Source: Schmidtea polychroa
Taxonomy: Eukaryota
Assembly (NCBI GenBank): GCA_044892525.1
Contig: CM097886.1
Coordinates: 76,570,001-76,634,000, forward strand
DNA: 64,000 nt
Direction: 5' to 3'
Shown: in pieces, positions 50,013 through 60,400 of the stretch
Position numbering within the stretch: position 1 is the first letter of the stretch
How the letters are laid out: each line of letters starts with the position of its first letter
Notes under the pieces: model-generated
The model's database searches: none
What the model saw: only the letters and a program-made list of their open reading frames with translations
What the model was told of the DNA's origin: nothing
Made by a program: the position numbers and the translations under genes

Positions 50013-51407
50013 TTATACCAGTGTCGCCATGGGGCCGGAATGCAGCGTGCGCATTCCCCCATATCTTTCGTCCGTTATTCGGTATATATCGACTTCGTGT
50101 GTCCATTCGTTCGGTGTGGGTATTCTTGGTAGTTCCGACATCCACAATCCGCTGGATCCGGGATCCTCTACCACCTCGTATTCTTCTAGATTCAGATTCT
50201 CTGTTGGAATACCGTATTCAAATTTTTCCACTTTGGGCCATTTTCTTTGGTTTCTCGGTTTTTGTTTACATCTTTTGGTGGTTCTTATCCACTGAATCAT
50301 TGCTAACGCTATTATCGTGCTTACTATCGCGCTAGTTATCCATATCATCTTTGTGATGATCGTTGTTCCATTATTTGTTTTTTCTGTCGTTAATATTGTA
50401 CTACCTGTGGTATTTGTTTCTGGTGCTTTGATTTTCTTGAATGCTTGATGTAATCGTTCCTTCTCTTTTTCTGTTAGGTGACTGTGATTTTCCCGTTTCT
50501 CTCCCCCTTCTTGATCTCGGGGTATCCACGGTATGTTTATTAATTGGGGTTTTTGTCGAGTTATTGGTTGACATACGCTGGTTCCTCTTCCTTTCTTAAG
50601 GATACATACTTGGTATCGTTCTTTCCGTTTCCCTGTCTCCATTTTAACGTCTGTACCTTTGTCTATCGGTGTTGTTGTACAGTCGATTATTCCCGTCTTA
50701 TCCATTACACATATCCTTATGATTGGTTCTCCTTCCTGGTTTTTGACTGTAATTACCTCTTCACCTTTCTTGTTGAGGTTAATAGTTATCTGCACTTCCC
50801 GTCTTTCGTCTTTAATTACTTCGTTAATCCATGTTGTTGTTGTTATTAATTCGGTTTGATTTTGCTCTGTTGTTGTTTTTGTACTAACTGATTTGTTTGG
50901 CTTCTTGGTTGTTATCCCCCTCAATGGATCTTGTTTCATTGCCATACTCTTTGGCTTGTCTTTTCTTGGTGCAGTTCTTGTTCCTTTACATACTACTATC
51001 CCTTGTGTTCCTGCGCATACCACAGTAGGGGTATTTGGTTTGACCTCTCCCCAGAAGAATTTGTGGTCTTGTGTCATATCAGTTATTATGCATATGTCTC
51101 TGTCTTCTCTGATGCATACATGTGTAATTGATCGACTCCCTTTATCTTCTATTTCGATACCTTCTTCCAAAATGTTGAGTTGAAAATGTACTCCGGTTTC
51201 GTTGGCTCTTTCTAGCTCCATTTCCTCTGTTGATATGTCTCTACAGATGTCATAATCTCCACATAGCCTGGGATCTCTTTTTTGGCTGCTAAAAATCTTT
51301 CCTTTTGTTATCGATCTGAAATCACAACTTACTCCTGTTCCTTCCATTAGTTGCACACATATTCCGACGGCATTTCCGTCGTAATCCTGACTTTTATCAT
51401 AAATACT
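50013..51407 (-). CDS. Type I membrane glycoprotein-like ORF overlapping the polyprotein end (-1 frame)
   Basis: Frame open from 51407; Cys-paired ectodomain, Thr-rich stalk, TM MIWITSAIVSTIIALAMIQWI, tail with Tyr motifs; no own signal peptide or upstream ATG. Confidence 0.75.
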   Translation of the reverse strand, partial: SIYDKSQDYDGNAVGICVQLMEGTGVSCDFRSITKGKIFSSQKRDPRLCGDYDICRDISTEEMELERANETGVHFQLNILEEGIEIEDKGSRSITHVCIREDRDICIITDMTQDHKFFWGEVKPNTPTVVCAGTQGIVVCKGTRTAPRKDKPKSMAMKQDPLRGITTKKPNKSVSTKTTTEQNQTELITTTTWINEVIKDERREVQITINLNKKGEEVITVKNQEGEPIIRICVMDKTGIIDCTTTPIDKGTDVKMETGKRKERYQVCILKKGRGTSVCQPITRQKPQLINIPWIPRDQEGGEKRENHSHLTEKEKERLHQAFKKIKAPETNTTGSTILTTEKTNNGTTIITKMIWITSAIVSTIIALAMIQWIRTTKRCKQKPRNQRKWPKVEKFEYGIPTENLNLEEYEVVEDPGSSGLWMSELPRIPTPNEWTHEVDIYRITDERYGGMRTLHSGPMATLV

Positions 51408-54400
51408 TCACCTTCTTGGGAAGCTTCTCTTACGATTCCCATATTTTTTGTTTCTGTTAAACAGATGGATGTTAATATTATAAATATTCTTTGTAGTAGG
51501 ATTGGCTGGATTTGATTTCGACACACTATGCTATGTAGTGGGGACTTTCGTTTTTTGTTCTCCGTTTTGTCGAATCCTTGATCTTCACCTCGACATTGGT
51601 CTTCTTCGTCTTCTTCCAATTCCTCATCATCACTCGTTGTTTCTCCGCCTTCCGGATTCTGTTCTCTGTCGTTTTCCTCTGGGTTGTTATCGTTATCCCC
51701 CATCCTTTCGTCGTCGTCGTCGTCGTCATTCCTCTCACCCGGGGTTTTCCTGAAAATGTCGTCCTCGACATTTGCTGCTTTGATCATCTCCTCGTATTTT
51801 TTAATTATCTCTTTTTTGTCGTTGTGGATACTTTCTCGTTCTTCTTTGGTTCCTTGATATTTCCGTTGTTTCCGGTGCCATTCCCACACTAGTATTTCTA
51901 GTTGCTTTTTCATCGCATGTGTTTTTGTGCATTCCCACCAATTACCTGTCAATTCTGTTCTATTTCTCTGTAATATTGCTTTAATGGTTTTTGGCATTGG
52001 TGGTCTTGAGTATATGGCGCTTCTTAGTACGATATTTTCGTTGTTTTGGAATTGATTTATATCAATTACTTCCGCTCTTAATTCGTTTTGTTTCCATTTG
52101 ATTAATATTGCTGCGGTTCTGTCTAAGTTTCCTCTGATGGCTTCCAGAATTGGTTCAATGCTCTGTCCCAACACCTCGGCTTCTTCGGTTGTTGCATTTC
52201 CTGTGATAAAGTTCACTATACTAGGTCTTTTTGACCTGACGGCATAACGTAATACGGTTCGTTGTTTGTTATCTTTTTCTTTCAGCGTGGATCCCGTTCT
52301 TAATAATTCTCTGAGTACATCTCTTGACGCGCCTATTGCTATGGCTTTCATCAGTGGAGTTTTTCCTTTACTGTTTTTGACGTTTGTTGATTGTTTGCAG
52401 TTTTCCATTATTCGTATAATCTCTAAAGCTCGTTTTTCTTGTCCTGCTTTCACTGCATGATGGATTGGCCAGTTATTACTCAAATCACTTGTTAGGAACA
52501 TGATTGGTAATCTCCGGATTAGTTCATATATTTGAGTCGGTATTTGTAATCCTTCGGCATATCTTCGTCCTTTCGCATATCTTTCTGCTACTAACATTAG
52601 TTTGCCCAATACTTGGTATTTATTGGTTATATCGGCCCATTCTGGTACAATTTCTCGTGCTATTTTTATTGTCATATTCCATGTTGCTTGGCTCCTTGCC
52701 ATTGCGTCAGCTTCGCTTTCTGCTTCAGTTCCTTTATGGGCGCTGCTGCTTGTTTCTCCTCTCAACATGAATATTCGTCTTGTCTGTGATCTAGTTAATC
52801 TACCGCTTACTTCTGGTTCCGTTGTGGCATTTGTTTGTGATCTCGTGATTATCCTTCTTGTTTCTGGGTCTTTAGTGGCAGTTTTCGCTACTGCTTTGCA
52901 TCGACATGTATTCACATAAATGGGTCTAATTAGTGGATTGTTAACCAACTTCACTCTAGCGTTGTTCTCGTTTACATAGATGATTTCATATGGCCCTCTG
53001 CCATTACGTTGTAATTTCTTTGCTGTTCCTGGGATTAATTCGGGTGTTTCTATAATAACCCAATCTCCGATTTTAAATTGATGGTTTTGCACGTTCTTCT
53101 TTTTATCATGTAATTCCTTATAACTCTCTTGGTTGAATCGGATGTTCATCCCTGCGGTTTTCCATATTTCTTGCATTCTCTCCTTGAACTTTGTCACATA
53201 ATCATCTATCTCCATATATTGTGAGATTGGCGGTTGGTATTCGAGATCCATCGGCATGTTGCATTCCCTTCCATACATGAGTTTAAACGGACTCATTTTC
53301 GTTGCTGAGTGTATTGACATTCGATAAGCCATTAGACACAACTTAATATATTCATCCCAGTCCTTTTGATGTTTACTCACGTAATTGGACATCATGTCTA
53401 TTAGTATGCCGTTAAATCTTTCTGTCTGACCATTCGTTTGCGGGTGGTATGGTGAGGTTCTCAATTTGGCAATTCTAAAATAATTTGTCACTTCATTTAT
53501 TATCTCGCTCATGAAATTAGTTCCTTGGTCAGTTAAGATTTGTTTTGGTGTTCCATATCTGCAGCAGATCTCTTCCACTAATATCCTTGCAACCGTTCGT
53601 GCTTTCTGGTCTGGCATCGCAAATGCTTCAGGGAACTTAGTCAGATAATCAGTTATTACCAATATATACACATTTCCACTGTTAGTCTCTGGTAGTGGTC
53701 CAACTACATCCATTGCAATCATTGTCATCGGTTCTGGCGGTATCGGCATTGGTTTCAATGGTGGCTTTAGTTTACTGCCCGTTGTTTTTCTGGTTGCGCA
53801 TATCAGGCAGTTCTTTATCCATTCTTTCACGTCATCGCTCATATTTGGCCAGTAATATTTCTGTTTGAGCCTTGCTTCTGTTTTCTTGGCTGACATATGT
53901 CCGCCCAATTTACCATCGTGGTATTGAATCATAATTTCTTTCCGTCTACTTTCTGGTAGACACATCAATCGTTTGTCGCCATCCATTACCAATAGCCATC
54001 CTTTCTCGATCGTATATCTGTGACGATTTTTCTCCATGTGTTCTTTTAGTCGATCATCGTTGTTGAATATTTTCATATCGTTTTTTTCCAGGAACTCAAT
54101 TATTAGTTTTAATTCATTGTCTTCCTTTTGTTCGTTCTTTAGATTGGTAAAATCGATATCTTCCGCGATTATCAGGCATATTCGTCTGACGTCATGATCC
54201 ATGAGTTCTTCAAATACAAATCTCGACATGCAGTCTGCATTTGCGTTTGCTTTTCCTGACTTGAATTTGATGTATGGGGAATATTCTTGTAACTGCATTG
54301 CCCATCTCATCAATCGACTAGATGCCTCTTTATGTTGGCCCAACCAAACTAGAGGTTGATGGTCCGTAGTAATAATTATCTCGTGTCCCCATAATAAATA

Positions 54401-57400
54401 TTTGAAATGTTTTATCGCCTGAATTATTGCTAAGGCTTCTCTTTCTGTGACCGAGTAATTCTTCTCGTGTTTTTTGAACGTCTTGCTATAATATCCGATG
54501 ACTCTTTCTCTTTTCTCCTCATCCCATTGTCCTAGCACAGCTCCTGATGCGTATCCACTTGCATCAGTTGCTAATAAAAAAGGCTTTTTGAAATCTGGGT
54601 GGATTAAGATAGGCGAGGCTATTAGTTTATCTCTGAGCGATTCGAAAGCTATTTGCTGTTCCCTTTCCCACAGAAATGGAGTATCTTTTTTTGTTAGTTC
54701 TTGAATTGGTTTTGCGATAGTTGCATAATTTTTGATAAACTTGCGGTAGTATCCGCATAATCCCAGAAATTCTTGTACCTGAGTCACGGTTTTTGGTATC
54801 GGACAATTCTTTATTTTCTCAACGTTTCTCGGATCTGGTTCTTTTCCTTTTGCCGACACAATGTGTCCTAAAAATGTGACTCTCTCCTTTGCCCAGTCGC
54901 ATTTTGACGGTTTCAATTTCAGCTTCCATTGTTTCAGTCTTATGAATACGTTTCTGATGTCGATTAAGTGTTGCTCGAAAGTACCTGAATAAATTAACAG
55001 ATCATCGATATACACCATACATTGTTTGATCCCGTGTGTCACAAAGTTCATACATCTCTGAAACGAAGCAGGTGCGTTTGTTAATCCAAATGGCATCTTT
55101 TTAAACTGATATAAATCTTTTCCGATGGTAAAGGCTGTCTTTTCTCTATCTTCCTCTTTAACTTTAATTTGCCAGTATCCACTCTTTAGATCTAAAGATG
55201 TAAAGTATGCTGCTCCATGTAACATCTGTAACATTTCGTTAATATCTGGCAGTGGGTATGTATCCCTTTTTGTTACTGCATTCAACCTCCGATAATCGAT
55301 ACAAAATCTCTGTGTGCCATCTTTCTTTTTGACCATTACTACTGGAAATTGCCAGGGTGAACAGCTAGGTTCGATCACTCCGGCATCTAACATCTTTTGT
55401 ACCTCCTCCTCTGCTACCGTTTTCTGTGCTTCGGCTAATCGATATGGTCTCAAAGTTATGGGTGTCTCATCCGTTAATGGTATAATGTGTTGCGTTACAT
55501 CGCTGGTACCCAAATCCAAATCTGAAGCCGCAAAAATATCTTTAAACTCAATCAGTAGCTGTCTGAGTTGTTCCTTTTCGTCTTCATTTAGGAGTTCGCT
55601 ATCGATGGTCCATAATTCTTTTTCGTCTGCTCCCTCGCTTTTGATCTCCGGCAGCTCAATGTTCATCATTGGTGTGAGTTTTCCAAGTCTCTCGTTTTCG
55701 TAGATTACTTTATCTTCCTCATCAAAATTGGTGATGTTGATGGGTATCTCGTTATCCTCATTTATACTGACAATTTCTCTTGCCAATGGCAGCTCCCTTC
55801 TCTTCTCGAATTTTTGACTTGGTTCAAATATCATATCTCCTTTGGCTTCGTTATCGACCTTGACATAACATATTGTCTGGGTACGTGCTGGTATTATCAT
55901 TTTTTCGGAGCATCTCACTTCTGTTCTCATTGTGCATATCTGTCCAGTTTTATCTTTTAATTTCATGGAACTTAAATCAATCACAATTTCTTTCAATAAT
56001 TCCGGCATTACATCTGTTCCAATTATACATGATACGCTTAGCTGTCTAATGACTGCGAGGTACGTTGTAACTTTAACCCCTTTGTATTCGATCGTTGACC
56101 ATACTCTTCCTACTACCGCTATGGATTGTTTGCTGCATGTTATTACATCCATGGTTGTCTCCTCAATGCATGGCCATAGTCTTCCTGGTAGCATATTCAT
56201 ATTTATTGCTGAGATATTTGCTCCGGTATCAATCATTGCATCCATCTCTATTCCGTTTACTTCGACCGTGATAGTTAACGATGGTCCTGCTGGTGTCTGC
56301 AATACCGCAATCGTTCGTGTCTCCACCTCTTGCCCCACATTTTTAACTGGCTTGATCATTGTTGGGTCCATTGCTGCCCAATTTGGTTCATACGCCGTTG
56401 GGTAAATATTTGGTACGGGTAATCTCCCGGTTCCCATTCTTATCCGTTCTCTCATTGTCCCTGGTCGTCGCATTGGCCCATTGGTTGGTGCCTGTAAATA
56501 TGGTGATCCCCATGGTTTCCTTTTTTCGTTTTCCCAAGTGTCTGTATTTTTGTTTATCAACATTACTCCTCCTTGATTATTATCGTCATCGTCGAAATCA
56601 TCATTGTCATCACTATCATCGTCTCGTCTGAGATTCATCCACTTTTTCCACTTCCCGGTTCTTTTCGCTTTCTCTTGAGTTCTTTCCGCTTCCAATCTCA
56701 TTATCACTTTGAACTTACGTCCGACTTCTTCATCTGTCCCTTTCATTTGCGTTAATATTTTCAACAATCTTTTTATTCGATGAATATCCTTTGAGTGTCC
56801 ATGCAACACCATTGTTTTCGCTAGGAACGGTAAGAATCCAATTGCAAGTTTCCAATTTACTTTTCTCTCGCGCTTATAGATGTCAAAACATGCTAGCATC
56901 TGAGTTAGTATCACTCTAACTATTTGTATTATCAGAATTATTCCGAGTATCCCTGCCATCATTTGGCCAAATACCAAAAATCTACCCCACATAGCCTTCA
57001 TCATGTTTGCTGTTGCTTGTTGGTAGTGACTTGGTGATAATAATAGCTCGTAGTTCGGGCTCTCCCCATAATTATTTCCTCCAGAAATAGTCACTATATT
57101 TGATAAGATTGCTTGTCTTTGCGCTGGGAATAACAGGTGGGCTCTTGCTGATTCGAGATCTTTTGGTGTATATAATCCACTCTGGGATACGTCTATCGGC
57201 TTGAACTCTAGTTCTGTTGTTAGTTCCGTCAATCCAAATTTCTTGGGCGTTACTACGATTGTTTTACTTGGGAATTGAACCCATTGTCCATCTTCTTTTT
57301 CATACATTGGTCCATATGCATTACTACAATTAAACAGATTTGGTTGAAACCCTACCGGGTTCATTACCCTAGTGACTGCTTGCACAAACCTGGGTTTACC

Positions 57401-60400
57401 TTCGTGGATAATTTCGAGTTCGTTTGCACACTTATCTCTTGGTATTGTAGGGTTTTCTGGCAATCTTGCCATTATCTTTTTGCATTGGTAGGTGTACATC
57501 ACTTCGCCCACGATTCGTCCGAAATATCCTTCCTGTAATGGTAGTAACGGAATTGCGTTATCTGGATTTGTAATCGCCATTGCTAATTTGGTTCTCAGTA
57601 TTTCTTTGTTGAGCAGGCAATCGTTTCTTAACAGATCATGGTAGACTTTTTCCGTGGATGTTAATCCTCTGTGATATAAGAAATCCATCTTATTATTAGC
57701 GTATAAATATAGTTTGACATCCTTTTCGCTTAGTCTTCCGACTGCATTTGCTAGGGTTCTCCGCGACAAGTAGATCCCTTTATAATTGGTGCTGATCACC
57801 ATCTCATCGCATTTACTCACCATTTTGTTCTTTATGAACCTCATTCCTATTCCATCGTCTTTGGAGATTATCGCTGTGGGTGTTACTTCCGATTCCAATT
57901 TCGATGTTATTACGTCTTCTCTGAATCCTTTCCTTGCTCTCAACTCTTCCATCGCTCGTTTTTCTGCTTCTCCTTTTGGTTCACTGTATACTTTCCCTTG
58001 GATTTCTTCGAATATTGCTGTTTTGAGCAACATTAGTCGACATACCTTCTGATCCGCATGGTATACCAGAGTTGACATTCCGGTTGAACATGATCGATCT
58101 GATGCGAGACAACTTGGGTATTTCTTCATTGCTTGCGTGTCAGGGTCGAAATAACCTTGATACCTTTCTAATTTAGCTTCGTAGCTTTCTATCACGACCA
58201 CTCCACTAACCAGTTGTCCGTTCAAGGTGTACGTTCCTGTCTCACATGTTCCGTCTCCTTTAGTGATTCTGCCTGCCGTATACACACGAGTCGTTTTTAT
58301 TTTTCCTGGTTCTGCAGCAATTTCAATCCCTTGCCTTAAGTGGATTCTCCCCGATCGGAATCCTTCCTCGCATTCCTCTCTTGATAGTAATATTACTGTC
58401 GATTCCAATCCCGGTTCTATGATTGTTGAGTGAGAGGATGAACCGCAGTGATGTGCAAATATCTTTCTGGTTACCGTACATTCTTGGACCATAGTTTTGA
58501 TGAAATCTGCTTCTTGATATACGTTGTACGAGACTGATGCCATGACTGTTTGTAATTTTCTTGGGTTTGCCGCTTTACAGTCTTCCGTATCCTTTAATGA
58601 ATATTTCTCATGGATTTTTATGTTGTCGCAGTCGTATACTGCAAATGACTCCGTTCCTTTGATACACATCATCCATATCAATATCGTGGTTATTATGGCA
58701 TTCATTCCCTTTCGACTTGCTCTTGGGTCGTTTATATTGATTGTTCCTTCGAATTCAGTTAGCAAATCGCGTAACTTTGCTTGCATCATTTCCGTTTGAT
58801 CTTTCTTCCCAGTTGATTCGATGAAGCTTCTCCATCCCCCTTGTTCAAGTATATATGGTTCTATTGATCGTTTAATTATTTCTGTTACTGTGAATTCGTA
58901 ACCCGTTGCGTTATATTTTGGCATTCGTTTTTTATATTGGCCGATAACGTTATATACTAAATATGCTAATCCCACTAAAAATCGATTTTGGTCCTCTGAT
59001 CTGCTTAATAGATGTTCCACAATTAATCTGAGTTCCACGGGATCTTTTAACGTTAATCGAATTTTATTATCCATGATTTTCATTATTATCGGTTTCAATA
59101 CTGCCCATAATTGTTTGGCTTCGGTCGGAATATTATCCTTCCTCATGACTCTTTTCACTTCTGGATTTGCTAATGCTAACATGTTGGCTAATAGGTCATT
59201 TATCCATCGTGTCCCTTGTTCTCGGACGCTTGTCTTCACTTTCACTTGTTTTACTAATGCACTTAGTTTATCCATTTTAGTTTTTACCTGCTCCATTTGC
59301 GCCTGAACTTTGGATTTTGGTTCGATCTCTGCTTTATCTGTTTTTGGTCTTCCTCTTGTTCGTCGATCCATAGCTGTTCCGGTTTCTTTCCGTTTTGGCG
59401 GATTGTAAGTTGTATCTTTTGACGTGGTCGCTCCTGGATCTACTCTCCAGTTGCTCCATTCATCGGTTGTGGTTACATCTTTATTGGCATCTCTTTCCAC
59501 GTTATCTAAATCCGTCTCGGCTTCCGTCGTTTCCACTGGTTGTCTCTGCGCGCATACAAATCCATCTAAATCATCAGTTGTCAGTTCACCTTCGTCGATA
59601 AATAGATCTCCTGATTGCGATGCTCTCATAATCTCGCCTGCTTCTACTATCTCTTGTAATTCATCCAGTATTTCGTCTTCTCCCGTTGTTTCGATCGTCA
59701 CTTCACTAACCGCATTTGGAACTTCTGGTGTGTCCAAACTTCCTGGTTGTTGGGTGGATGATTTTTGCTTTATCTCTCTTCTCCTTAGCTCTCTACCTGC
59801 AATTTTACTCACCGTTAATCTGTTCACAATTTCTCCTTGGAGTGGTGTCACACCGATCTCAATATCGTCGTCTAATGATCGTCCCTCGTGTTGTAAGTGG
59901 AATGGGAGTTCATAAGGTATTCTCTTTTTAACTTCTCTGACTTTAGCTGTCGTATAGAATTCCTTTTCCATTGGTTCAAAATCTGGCATGAATATTTTTA
60001 ATTGATATTTCTCAGGTGAGTTTTCGGCCCACTCTTGTTGTTTCCATTTCCGGATGATTTCACCAAATTGTTCAGGGTACCATACGTATACCCGTCGATA
60101 TTCTTCAATCGCTTTAACGATCTTTCGTAGATTTTGAATCCTTTTGCATGATTCGGCTATCCATTTTGCTAGTTCTACCACCGCTCGTCGACGATTTTTC
60201 GCCCCGTTTTGTAATATCTCCATCAACTCCTTACATTTTTGTGCTTCCAACAATGTTGCTGCTTCTTCCTCATCTGCGTCGGCGTCTATTGGTAGATGTC
60301 CTGAATCAGACACTCTTCTCCTCATCATACAGATTCTCGGTTGATTTTCTGGTATGTTCAGTCGTTGGTTCATTTCTTGTTCTGTTTCAACTTCTACTCT

